From NCBI GenBank assembly GCA_945859975.1, contig CAMAPH010000009.1, positions 14,598-78,597 on the forward strand: a DNA stretch of 64,000 nt. The letters run 5' to 3'. The stretch's first letter is position 1; each line of letters starts with the position of its first letter. Origin of the DNA: Chthonomonas calidirosea. GTDB taxonomy: Bacteria; Armatimonadota; Fimbriimonadia; Fimbriimonadales; Fimbriimonadaceae. Shown piece by piece: positions 18,926 through 28,290 of the stretch. The notes below the pieces were generated by a model. It was given only the letters and a program-made list of their open reading frames with translations, made no database searches and was not told where the DNA came from. Position numbers and translations under genes: made by a program.

Positions 18926-20392
18926 TCAGCAGAGATGCATTTCGGGCGAGGCGACCAGTAGCTTCAGGGTGGCATAGTGCCACCCAGGCCACTGAGCTTC
19001 CTTGCCCTTATCGAACATTGCCACTCCGCCTACCGACGTGAAGACTGCATTCAAAACCTTCTCGGTTTCTGGGTTCAGCTTCGTGTCGTAATACTCGGCG
19101 TACTTGCGGGTGATCTCTTCAACCGAAGTGAGCTGGAGGCTTTTCAGATATCCAAAGACCGTAGCCCCGCATTGCTCAACGTTGTCCACCACATAATAAA
19201 AACCCTGGTATTGATACCGCTCGGCCATTGCGCTGCTGTTGATAAAGTTCTCGCCCCAGGTCCAGCCCGCAACATCCGGCGGGACAAGAAGCGAGAGCCC
19301 CATTCGGTCCATTCGGTACGCCGCGTAGCCCATCTGGTCCATGATTTCCTTCGGAATCTCGTCGGTTGGCTTGGCGTCTTTTGGTCGCTTTGCGATCATC
19401 GACTTACCCATGCCTTGCTTGCGCGCAATGCCAACCACGAAGTCGACCGGATTCTTCGGATAGTTTCCGACGACCGATTCGGTATAGAACTCTGGCGCAA
19501 GTGCGATGGCTCGAACGATATCGGGAATGTTGCCACCCGATTTCTTCCAAACCGCAACTAGCCGATCGAGCACCTTCGGTGACGCATCTTGGCCGGCAAA
19601 GTAGTTCCAAAGCTTTCCGGAGACGTAGCGAGCGGTTTCCGGTCGGTGTGCCAGCATCCGCAGAGCCGCCTCGCCATCCCAATCCTTTTTCTGGCCGAGG
19701 ATGGTCTTCTCGGTTTCGTCCCGCATGCTGGTGAGATAAGCAAACGATGCGAACGGCCGGTCGTATTGAATGCTCTCGGTTAGCTTGAGACTGGATTCTC
19801 CGGGCAACTCGTAATAGGTGTGAATATAGCCCCAGCCGGTGAGTGCTCGCGAAAGCTCTTTCACGTCGTCCTCGGTGTAGTTGCCGATTCCCATCGTGAA
19901 AAGTTCCATCACCTCACGGGCAAAGTTCTCGTTCGGATTTCCCTTCACGCTCCGCGTCATGTCGAGGTAGCGCATCATCGCCGGTTCGCGAGAGATCGCA
20001 AGCAGAAGGTCCTCAAACTTTCCGTAACCGTGCTTGTAAAGGGTTTGGAGGTAGTACAGCATCATCGGGCCGTCTTCCACCTTGTCGTCGCCCACCGCGA
20101 AGTGCGAGTGCCAGAACAGGGTCAGCTTCTCTTCGAGTGGTCTTTCGGTCGCGACCATGCGCAAGGTCCACCAGATCCGGAACCGGTAGGAGCCCACATC
20201 GGCCTGCTCCTTTTCGCGGTTGCGCCAGCAGAACTCGTACGGGGAAATGCCGAGATCGGGAAGCTTCTGGAAGTCGAGCAGCCGCTGCGCCGATTTATCG
20301 AACCCTTGCTTCTCCTCTGCCTCGAGTTCTGGCGGCGTCAGTCCAAAGCCGAGCCGTCGGTGGAGATGCTGAATCTTGTCGCGTACTGTCAT
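18926..20392 (-). CDS. DUF1800 family protein
   Basis: LEEKLTLFWHSHF, PAMMRYLD, PNENFAREVMELFTMG and PPDVAGW motifs. Confidence 0.92.
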   Translation of the reverse strand: MTVRDKIQHLHRRLGFGLTPPELEAEEKQGFDKSAQRLLDFQKLPDLGISPYEFCWRNREKEQADVGSYRFRIWWTLRMVATERPLEEKLTLFWHSHFAVGDDKVEDGPMMLYYLQTLYKHGYGKFEDLLLAISREPAMMRYLDMTRSVKGNPNENFAREVMELFTMGIGNYTEDDVKELSRALTGWGYIHTYYELPGESSLKLTESIQYDRPFASFAYLTSMRDETEKTILGQKKDWDGEAALRMLAHRPETARYVSGKLWNYFAGQDASPKVLDRLVAVWKKSGGNIPDIVRAIALAPEFYTESVVGNYPKNPVDFVVGIARKQGMGKSMIAKRPKDAKPTDEIPKEIMDQMGYAAYRMDRMGLSLLVPPDVAGWTWGENFINSSAMAERYQYQGFYYVVDNVEQCGATVFGYLKSLQLTSVEEITRKYAEYYDTKLNPETEKVLNAVFTSVGGVAMFDKGKEAQWPGWHYATLKLLVASPEMHLC

Positions 20393-20534
20393 CTTTGACT
20401 CCCGTACATTCTAAATCAATGAGAGAATTCTAGCTAGGACGGGGTCATGAACTCGCAAATTTTTGATCAACTTTGCATCCTGCCGCATGAGAGCAACGTA
20501 CACTTACAATGTCTTACAAAGAGGCATTTTCGGG

Positions 20535-20804
20535 ATGAAAAAGGAATTTAAGTTGGCGTGGGTTGTGACTTTTGCTGGGGTTATCTTGGCGGGATGTGGC
20601 TCGGAGCGGCGCGACTGCGTGGATGCCAGCGGCAAGAAGCTGCCCGACTCTGCTTGCACCACGTATCGTGGCGGCACGGGTTACTACGGCGCGCCACGGT
20701 TCATCTACGGCGGATCGCAATCGGGCGGCCGAATCCTCGGCGGCTCGGCAACCCCATCTGTATCACGCGGCGGCTTTGGCTCCATGGGCAGCGGATTTAG
20801 CTAG
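20535..20804 (+). CDS. YgiB-like small lipoprotein
   Basis: ILAGC lipobox, C-terminal SRGGFG, directly upstream of a ygiC-like gene. Confidence 0.8.
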   Translation: MKKEFKLAWVVTFAGVILAGCGSERRDCVDASGKKLPDSACTTYRGGTGYYGAPRFIYGGSQSGGRILGGSATPSVSRGGFGSMGSGFS

Positions 20805-20806
20805 AC

Positions 20807-21961
20807 GTGCAAAGACACCGAATCGACCCGCGCCCGAACTGGGAAGCCGAAGTCGAAAAGTGGGGTCTGGTGTTTCACACCCACCTCGGCAAACCGTACT
20901 GGGATGAAAGCGCCTACTACACTCTCGGCTCCCGAGACGTCGACGCCATTGAATCCGCGACCAACGAGCTGCACCGACTCTGCATGGAGACGGTGCAAGA
21001 CCTCATCCGCACCAAGCGATTTCGGGAATTCGACCTCCCGGCGTATTGCGAGTTTGTCCTTGAGGACTACGCGGCAAACCCGACCGGGCACCTCTACGGC
21101 CGATTCGACTTTGCCTACGACGGCACAAATCCGCCGAAGATGCTCGAATACAATGCCGACACGCCGACGTCGCTCCTAGAAGCGGCGGTGGTTCAGTGGC
21201 AGTGGAGCCAAGACCGCTTCCCTGGATCTGACCAGTTCAATTCGCTCTGGGAAAGCCTCATCGCGCGCTGGACTTGGCTGAAGGACCAAAACCTTGTTCC
21301 CGGATTCGTCCACTTCGCCCACTCCGAATCCGACGAAGACCTCATGACCATCGCCCTGCTCCGCGACACCGCAACCGAGGCAGGGCTCCAAACCGAAGGA
21401 CTGCTCATGACGGAGATCGGCTGGAACAAGGAGACCAAACAGTTCCTAGACGCCCGAGACGGAGCGATCCGAAAGATGTTCAAGCTCTACCCGTGGGAGT
21501 GGATGGTGCGAGAAAACTTCGGCAGCCACGCTTTGCAGCCGGAGCTTCGCAACATTTGGATCGAGCCGATTTGGAAGATGTTGCTCGCGAACAAAGCGAT
21601 CTTGCCGATTCTTTGGGAGCGTTACCCAAACCACCCGAACCTCCTCCCCGCCTACTTCGACGGCCCTCGGGATATGGCTCGATACGTTCGCAAGCCTCTG
21701 CTATCGCGAGAGGGCGACGGTGTCCGCGTAGTGATTGATGGTGTGACGACCGAAGAAACGCCGGATGCAGATACAACCCAAATCGGCCTCCAACCGAAGT
21801 ACATCTACCAAGCCCTTGCGCCTTTGTTTGAAGCGGGCGGAAATCACGCGGTCATTGGCTCGTGGGTCGTCGGCGACGAGTCAGCTGGTGTAGGAATTCG
21901 GGAGTCCGACGGCCGAATCACGACCGACCTCAGTCGGTTCGTGCCGCACGTGATTCGGTGA
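20807..21961 (+). CDS. Glutathionylspermidine synthase family ATP-grasp protein (YgiC-like)
   Basis: YGRFDF, EYNADTPTSLLE, FKLYPWEW, KPLLSREG and RFVPH motifs. Confidence 0.93.
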   Translation: MQRHRIDPRPNWEAEVEKWGLVFHTHLGKPYWDESAYYTLGSRDVDAIESATNELHRLCMETVQDLIRTKRFREFDLPAYCEFVLEDYAANPTGHLYGRFDFAYDGTNPPKMLEYNADTPTSLLEAAVVQWQWSQDRFPGSDQFNSLWESLIARWTWLKDQNLVPGFVHFAHSESDEDLMTIALLRDTATEAGLQTEGLLMTEIGWNKETKQFLDARDGAIRKMFKLYPWEWMVRENFGSHALQPELRNIWIEPIWKMLLANKAILPILWERYPNHPNLLPAYFDGPRDMARYVRKPLLSREGDGVRVVIDGVTTEETPDADTTQIGLQPKYIYQALAPLFEAGGNHAVIGSWVVGDESAGVGIRESDGRITTDLSRFVPHVIR

Positions 21962-22007
21962 CAGAGACCTCTTCAGAGCACATTTATTTTTGATTTCGAA
22001 GGCAGTA

Positions 22008-22346
22008 TTAGTCTTCAGGAAGATGGCTCCCAATGTCCATCGCGCTGTGCAATATTCGCATGATGTGGATTCCGCTCGGCATGCGACGATAAACGATGTA
22101 ATGGCCGTACCTTGCTTTTGGCCATCGGACCAATAGTGCTTCGGCGGTAGGGTGCCCTACTACCTTTTTGCCCACATTAGGGTTCAAGGCGATAAAGTCT
22201 GCCGACTGTTGCAGAAAATCCGAATATCGCTCAGCTTGCTCTACTCCCCACATATGGGCGGTTGCGTCGTGGTTTACAGCAAAATCTATCGCTGCCAAAC
22301 GACCGTACTCAACTATTCCGACTCTGTCTGGGGAAGATTCAGCCAA
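22008..22346 (-). CDS. ParE/RelE family toxin
   Basis: WGVEQAERY, NPNVGK, HYIVYR and IMRILHSAMD motifs. Confidence 0.85.
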   Translation of the reverse strand: MAESSPDRVGIVEYGRLAAIDFAVNHDATAHMWGVEQAERYSDFLQQSADFIALNPNVGKKVVGHPTAEALLVRWPKARYGHYIVYRRMPSGIHIMRILHSAMDIGSHLPED

Positions 22347-22492
22347 GCTTCCGTCCTCTTTCGGGCCATTTCGCGTACTTGAGCCGCGGTAAAGGACTCG
22401 CCAGATTCAAAGTACTGATCCGCAAGGAAAACTGCTTCCAATTGCTCCGGCGTTAGCCGAATCTCAAACTGCTGTTTCTCTAAGTTTTGCAT
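22313..22492 (-). CDS. Putative antitoxin (59 aa, below the ORF-track cutoff)
   Basis: Read from the sequence as MQNLEKQQFEIRLTPEQLEAVFLADQYFESGESFTAAQVREMARKRTEAWLNLPQTESE*. It is acidic and overlaps the toxin start. Confidence 0.7.
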   Translation of the reverse strand: MQNLEKQQFEIRLTPEQLEAVFLADQYFESGESFTAAQVREMARKRTEAWLNLPQTESE

Positions 22493-22589
22493 GCCACTCG
22501 CGATCTCTCGTCTGCCTCAATAGGATACGACAATGATGCCCTCCGAGCAAACGGCTTTTGTCCCCTCGCAAAACCCTCAAGCTGAGGAC

Positions 22590-23831
22590 TTACCTTGAGC
22601 CTTGAAACTTGGCGAACTCCGGTTTGGTCTCGTCGAGGATCTCCAATACGTTCTTCCGATCCGCTGCGCTCAGATGCGCGTAGCCACTCGACTTGTCCTT
22701 CCCGCTTAGAATCTCTCCAAGTCGACGATAAACGAAGTTCTTCACCGGCGACTGCAGGGCATCAAACGACGGCGAGTAGATCAGCGGACTACAAGGGTAG
22801 CGAAGAATGCGCGTCGTGAGGTCAAGCTGATACAGCGACCGGCCCTTGGAGTCCTTCGGACCCGACTCCGAGTAAGTCTTCGCAAACGCCGTTGTGCCCT
22901 TAACGGGACTCGTGAGCTTTGCCTCCCCCTGGCACAGCAGTCCCGAAACTAGGCCCTCGCTATAGTTCTCGATATTCGCGATCGTCTCTTTGCTGGCCTT
23001 TTCGGGGTTCGTCCCTCGCAAGATCAGAAGCGCATCTTGGTTTGCTCGCGTGATGAGGTTCTGGACCTCCATTTGCTGCTCAAAGACCATAAGCGCGGCG
23101 ATGTCCGAGTGCGGGGTTAGGTACGGCTTAACGTCGAAGTAACGCGACAAACTCGTTACGTTTGCGCCGCGCTCAATGTTTATTGAATGCTTCTCGTCGG
23201 TGCCCTGCGAGAGTTCATTGCCCATGTGGCGAAGCTTTCCGTGCGTGCCCGAAACGTACCAACCTCCCCAGCGATTCCGGATTGGGGTGGATGGAGTCAT
23301 GTTATAGGTCTGGGCAAAGACCCTCGAGTAGCCGCTCGGCGCGGTTAGAACCGACCGGCCGAACAGGGCCGCCGGGGAACCGAATCCCCTTCCGCCGTGG
23401 CAACGAAAACAGTCTGAGCCCTCGGTCGAAAACGCGACTTGAGCCTGTTTGGTGTTCTCAATCGTGTAGAACAAAGCCCCACGCTTGGGGTCCACGCTCA
23501 TGATCTCGATCAGCGGCGCACCTGGAATCCAGCCGACATAGACCTCGTCGTTAAAGTACAGCGCGCGAGGCGTCTTTGGCGAAATGTGGTCGGTCTGAAG
23601 GCTCGTTTTTGAGAAAACCAAAACCTGCGAATTCGGGTCGATTTTTAACTGCGTCAGGATCGACCGGAGATACCCTTGCTTCGGTTCAAATTCCAGCTTC
23701 GCCTGTCCGTTGGCGACTCTCTTCTTCAGGTCTGCTACCGGGTCCATTACCGGAGTTGGTGATGATTGCCGCATCCAGCCGGCCGCCAAGATGGGCACGC
23801 AACACACGCCAAAAATTGCAGCTCGTTTCAT
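22590..23831 (-). CDS. Exported protein with a single CxxCH (putative c-type cytochrome)
   Basis: Signal-like N-terminus, FSKTSLQ, PRALYFND, CFRCH and RWGGWYV motifs. Confidence 0.75.
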   Translation of the reverse strand: MKRAAIFGVCCVPILAAGWMRQSSPTPVMDPVADLKKRVANGQAKLEFEPKQGYLRSILTQLKIDPNSQVLVFSKTSLQTDHISPKTPRALYFNDEVYVGWIPGAPLIEIMSVDPKRGALFYTIENTKQAQVAFSTEGSDCFRCHGGRGFGSPAALFGRSVLTAPSGYSRVFAQTYNMTPSTPIRNRWGGWYVSGTHGKLRHMGNELSQGTDEKHSINIERGANVTSLSRYFDVKPYLTPHSDIAALMVFEQQMEVQNLITRANQDALLILRGTNPEKASKETIANIENYSEGLVSGLLCQGEAKLTSPVKGTTAFAKTYSESGPKDSKGRSLYQLDLTTRILRYPCSPLIYSPSFDALQSPVKNFVYRRLGEILSGKDKSSGYAHLSAADRKNVLEILDETKPEFAKFQGSR

Positions 23832-23898
23832 CTTGACCAAACCCATTTTGCCACCTTTGTACTACGCACTTGCCCAACCGTAAACTCCGAAGAACAAA

Positions 23899-24735
23899 TC
23901 AGCCAGAAGATTTCAGCTTGATCCAGTGATCGCTGATCTCGATCATCTCTTCACGATAGAGCGCGCCGATTAGCTTCTTGAACGCACCTTTGCTTAGGCC
24001 GAATCGGCGCTGAATCTCTTCCGGAGACGATTTATCCGATACCGGGAGAGTGCCGCCGGCTTCTTTCAGGGCCGCGAGAATTCGGTCTCGCTCGCCAAGT
24101 ACTGCGCTGAATCCCTGTGGCCGTAACGACACCGCGATCCGACCATCTTCGGGACGAATCCGCTTGATATAGCCTGAACGCACTTCGCCCATTTGTAGCT
24201 TTTCGATCCATTCGTCCGGGAACAGCGATCCCTTGAATTGACCATTTATGATCACACGGATGAAGTCCTCCGTTCGGTCAGCGATCATCAACTTCACGGC
24301 TTGCCCGACTTCCAGGTCCTCACTCGTGGCCTTTAGATAGCGGTTGAACTTCGAGGTACAGGCGATGCGCTCGGAAACTTCGTCGATGTAGATGCGAACC
24401 AGGTAGTCCTGCCCCGCTCGCATTCGCATCATCTGCTCTTTGATCGGACAGAACAAGTCCTTATCAAGGCCCCAGTCGAGAAACGCTCCGATCTCGGACA
24501 CAGACACGACCGTTAAGCGAGCAAATTCCCCGGGAATGGCATAAGGCGTCTTCGTCGTCGCGATGATTCGGTCTTCCGAGTCCTTCATCACAAACACCCG
24601 CAGTACGTCTCCTACGTAGATTCGCGGCGGAACCTGAGCCTTGGGGAGCAAAACGTCGGTCTGGCCGTCCGACAGAAATAGCCCCGGCGGTCCCTCTCGG
24701 ACCGCCCTCAGTTCGTGATATTCACCTAAACGCAT
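23899..24735 (-). CDS. cvfB: CvfB/YitL family S1 RNA-binding protein
   Basis: GAFLDWGLDKDL, DKSSPEEI and SKGAFKKLIGALY motifs. Confidence 0.9.
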   Translation of the reverse strand: MRLGEYHELRAVREGPPGLFLSDGQTDVLLPKAQVPPRIYVGDVLRVFVMKDSEDRIIATTKTPYAIPGEFARLTVVSVSEIGAFLDWGLDKDLFCPIKEQMMRMRAGQDYLVRIYIDEVSERIACTSKFNRYLKATSEDLEVGQAVKLMIADRTEDFIRVIINGQFKGSLFPDEWIEKLQMGEVRSGYIKRIRPEDGRIAVSLRPQGFSAVLGERDRILAALKEAGGTLPVSDKSSPEEIQRRFGLSKGAFKKLIGALYREEMIEISDHWIKLKSSG

Positions 24736-24816
24736 CCTCTCATTGTGCGTGGTTTCCTCTTGCCCTGCAAAATTTACCGGGTTGCAAGTGCGTTTTGGAA
24801 TGATTAGACTCGGTTT

Positions 24817-26085
24817 GTGGCCACGACTACGATCATCGCGCTGATGTTGGCGTATCCACAGATTCAATCGACTCAGGCTCAAGACCCCGCTCTCCCCGTC
24901 TCACTAGTCGACATTGCGGCTCCCCCGAGTTATCACCTGGATCGCGGCAATCAAGAGGCGTTTCAATCTCGGCTCACAGGTCAGATCGGATTAGCCGAAG
25001 GTTCGGTCTGGACGGGACGCCCCGTAACGGTCGTCTTCCCTTGCCCGTTGGGATTCAGCCCCGCCAAGTATGCCGGCGTTCGCGATTATCCCGATCAGCG
25101 GATCCGCGACGTGAAGATCTATCGTGGAGAAACCGAGCTACCGTTTGTTCCCATCCCGAAGCAAGGCGAATCCAACTACTGGACCTTCAACACCGAAGGC
25201 CGTCGGGGGGCCGATTGTATCGCCATTCGCCTGAGCCCACCGGAAGGGACGGAAAAGATCAACCTGACAGTGGACGTCAGCGGAACTCTGATCCACCCGG
25301 TAGTCCGCCCCGGCGCTCCGGCAAGGCAAGCGTATCAGTTTGAACTTCCAGTAGAGGTCAAGTCGGCCTACCTTTCCCCTACCGAAGACGAATACAAGGC
25401 GGATCTGCCGAAACTTCTTGAGCAACTTGCTGGCTACGAAATCATTGACCGTAGGCCAGTTAAAGTTGGCGAGATGCTAAATCGAATCGGCATGTTCTTC
25501 GTCAAGAACTCGCTGTACGACAAAGACGCGGACGAGCCGACGCTCGACATGAACCAGTTCTTCGACCCGAGTTATCAGCGCATCGGTAACTGCCACGCCC
25601 TAAACACGCCGCTGCTTTTCGCGGCACGGGCGGTCGGAATTCCGGCGAGTAAGGTCTCTGGGCGATTTATAGAAACTGGAAAGGCTCACACTGTTTGCCG
25701 CATCTACGACCCGCAACTCCGGGACAGTTTCTTGGTGGATGTCGCGGCCGTGGCGGCGTACGGCATCACGCCAAACCGGTCTGGCCTCGAACTGATTTCC
25801 GACTCCATGCCGCACCGGCTCCTGCTGTTCGAGGACGATGCTTCTAACTTCTTCCGCCCCCGAATTGAGGGCCTGGAGAACGAGCCAACTCCTGGCTCTG
25901 GCGCGCGTGGTGCGACCAACTGCGGCGACTGGGTGATTTTCTCTGGCGGCAGCTACATCGGATCTGTACACCCGACAATCTCGGAGAAGCTGGTCATCCA
26001 GCCGCTCACCGAGAAAGACGACCAGTTCGTGGTGTTCACGAAGGAAGGAATCTTCTTCCGCATCGATCGGCCAAACGGCAAATAA
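24817..26085 (+). CDS. Exported transglutaminase-like domain protein
   Basis: Signal-like N-terminus. GNCHA...ARAVGIPA...AHTV...VD gives a Cys-His-Asp triad. Confidence 0.7.
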   Translation: MATTTIIALMLAYPQIQSTQAQDPALPVSLVDIAAPPSYHLDRGNQEAFQSRLTGQIGLAEGSVWTGRPVTVVFPCPLGFSPAKYAGVRDYPDQRIRDVKIYRGETELPFVPIPKQGESNYWTFNTEGRRGADCIAIRLSPPEGTEKINLTVDVSGTLIHPVVRPGAPARQAYQFELPVEVKSAYLSPTEDEYKADLPKLLEQLAGYEIIDRRPVKVGEMLNRIGMFFVKNSLYDKDADEPTLDMNQFFDPSYQRIGNCHALNTPLLFAARAVGIPASKVSGRFIETGKAHTVCRIYDPQLRDSFLVDVAAVAAYGITPNRSGLELISDSMPHRLLLFEDDASNFFRPRIEGLENEPTPGSGARGATNCGDWVIFSGGSYIGSVHPTISEKLVIQPLTEKDDQFVVFTKEGIFFRIDRPNGK

Positions 26086-26122
26086 AATGGCCCACGCTAG
26101 CTTTTGCTAGCGTGGGCCATTT
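26085..26122. terminator. Bidirectional intrinsic terminator
   Basis: AAATGGCCCACGCTAGC-TTTT-GCTAGCGTGGGCCATTT between convergent genes. Confidence 0.85.
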
Positions 26123-26133
26123 CTCGCTTCAGA

Positions 26134-28140
26134 TTACGAGCGAGGAGCGACGGAGATGCCGAGTTGGTCGACCTTGAGAACGTAAGGTCGTGAGACCGAA
26201 CGAAGAGGCTGAACCACACGCACAAGCAGCTTAACGTTTCCGTTAGCGGCAATGTACGGCGAAGCCTGGTTCTCGAGTCGATCGAAGCGACGGGCAGTGG
26301 AGGAACCTGGGTAGGTGCCGAGCTGATCCCACTTCGAAGTCAGGTTGTTCCAAGCGTAATAGAACGCGGACGAACCCGCCGGAGCGTTGTCGAGCGTACT
26401 AATGCGGAGCTGACCGATCGTCGCAGGCGTCAGGCCCGAGTTGATCGTCGTTTCCAGCGAAGTCATGTCGCCAACGTTCTTGGCAAACTGCGAAGCCACT
26501 TCTGCGGAGACGCCATCGGCGGTGTTGATCCGCGTCGTTCCGGTCGTTCGCAGCGTTCCTTGGCTAGGCAGCGTTGCCATCGAAGTAGCTGGTTTGGAAA
26601 CCAAGGCATCTTCGTAGCTGCTGACCTTGAACGGGAACACTTCCGTGGTCCAGTTTCCGTCCGCTCGTCCGAGCATTCCGATTGCCCAGAAGGTCACTTC
26701 GTCAACTGGGTCGACGACCACCTGGAAGTAGTCGCCCCATCGGTTGTAGCCGCTGGAGCTTGAGCCGCCATAAAGTGCCGGGGTGCTCTTGATTCTGACC
26801 GGAGCGCCCATCGAACCAAGCGCGTCGGTTGGCTTTCGACCCGTGATCATGAGGTCGGCCATGATGCTCGTGCTCGTTCGCGTGAAGACGAGAGCCATCT
26901 CATTCTTTCGGTTGCGAGCAACCGCTGGCATGTGGAAGAACTGTCCGGTTCCGCCGGTGACGTTTCCAGACTGCGCAAGTGCCGGGCGGCCCGATGCTGG
27001 CCAACCGTTGAGCTTCACGTCATACCATCGCGAAACAACGCGAGAGTCATTTCCGACGCGAACGCCGTGCGTCGTGACGACGTTGCCGTTGCGAAGGTGC
27101 GCGTTGAAGAGTCGTCCGTCCAAGGAGTCCAGGTTGTGGTTGCTTGGACCAGGAATTGGTCCGCCCGGTCCGGCGAATGGCGGAACCGCGACTTCAATGC
27201 TCTTAGCAGAAGAAGCGGTCACAGCATGAACTCTCATGCTGTCGTCGGCGCTCATCGAAACCGCAATGAGCTGGTCTACATCGGACTGCGATACCAACTT
27301 AACTGAAGCCGAGCCGGTGTCCGAAACGCTGGATGCGGTGGCGGCGGCGCCGGTCAAAAGAGGTGCTTTGTCGATGACGACGAACTGGTTACCGTTCCAG
27401 CCGTTCTCGAAGCCAAACATGTTTCCACAGAAGCCAAGATACTTTTTGCTAACACCCCAGCCTGGGTAGTCTAGCCAGAAATCGGTCGAACCGACGGTCT
27501 GCTTGCTCTCAACTCGGTATCGGAACCAAGTGCCGTTCGGGTCGGAGTCGTCGGAAACGGCAATCAGGCTCTTGCTCTGCTTCCCATCAAAATCTACTTC
27601 TAGGAAGAGGATGAAGAATCGCTTACTTACCGTATCGTAAAGAACCTTAGGGTCGAACTGGAAGCTAGTAGCACCGAGTCCGGCGAAGAAATCTTCTGAA
27701 GTGCGCAGGAAGGTGTTTGCGCCGTCCGACTTACGGAAGAAGCCGATCGAGCTGTTCACGACGACGACTGCGTGGGTCGGTCCAACGGCAAGGTCAGGAT
27801 CTGGTGGTGTCCAGCCCGTTGCGTCGACGGCAGGGAAATTGCCCTGCAACGCCGCGGCTCGGATGTTAGGGATCAATCCGCCAGCCTTCAGCGTGTTGTT
27901 AGGGTTTGCTGCCCGACGTTTGTTGATCAGCGGATTCTCGGGCTTGTAAGGTTTCTGGCGATAGCTCTTGTCAACCTGCGGAGCGAAAGCACGAGTATCC
28001 AACTTGGGACCAGGCGTGACCGGGTATGTCCGGTCCGCAGGAATGGTGGTCTGCGCAATCGCAGACACCGCCAAGCCAGCAATGGCGAAAAGTGATGTAA
28101 TTGTTTTTCCTGTTGCCAAAAGATTCCTCTTTAAATCCAA
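26134..28140 (-). CDS. Large secreted beta-rich protein of unknown function
   Basis: Signal peptide (AIA-Q) and PPDPDLAVGP, FDPKVLYD, DYP and RWGDY motifs. Start is uncertain. Confidence 0.75.
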   Translation of the reverse strand: MDLKRNLLATGKTITSLFAIAGLAVSAIAQTTIPADRTYPVTPGPKLDTRAFAPQVDKSYRQKPYKPENPLINKRRAANPNNTLKAGGLIPNIRAAALQGNFPAVDATGWTPPDPDLAVGPTHAVVVVNSSIGFFRKSDGANTFLRTSEDFFAGLGATSFQFDPKVLYDTVSKRFFILFLEVDFDGKQSKSLIAVSDDSDPNGTWFRYRVESKQTVGSTDFWLDYPGWGVSKKYLGFCGNMFGFENGWNGNQFVVIDKAPLLTGAAATASSVSDTGSASVKLVSQSDVDQLIAVSMSADDSMRVHAVTASSAKSIEVAVPPFAGPGGPIPGPSNHNLDSLDGRLFNAHLRNGNVVTTHGVRVGNDSRVVSRWYDVKLNGWPASGRPALAQSGNVTGGTGQFFHMPAVARNRKNEMALVFTRTSTSIMADLMITGRKPTDALGSMGAPVRIKSTPALYGGSSSSGYNRWGDYFQVVVDPVDEVTFWAIGMLGRADGNWTTEVFPFKVSSYEDALVSKPATSMATLPSQGTLRTTGTTRINTADGVSAEVASQFAKNVGDMTSLETTINSGLTPATIGQLRISTLDNAPAGSSAFYYAWNNLTSKWDQLGTYPGSSTARRFDRLENQASPYIAANGNVKLLVRVVQPLRSVSRPYVLKVDQLGISVAPRS

Positions 28141-28290
28141 TTCTGCCGAATTTTGCTGAACAATATTCGTAAGAAAGCCTGCACAAGCCAACCAGTCACA
28201 CGCCACGTGGCGTATTTTTGGTGACACCAATGTTTTAGACGCGATGAGAATCCGAAATGTTAGTTTGATTCTCCACAATGAGAGGGTCGG

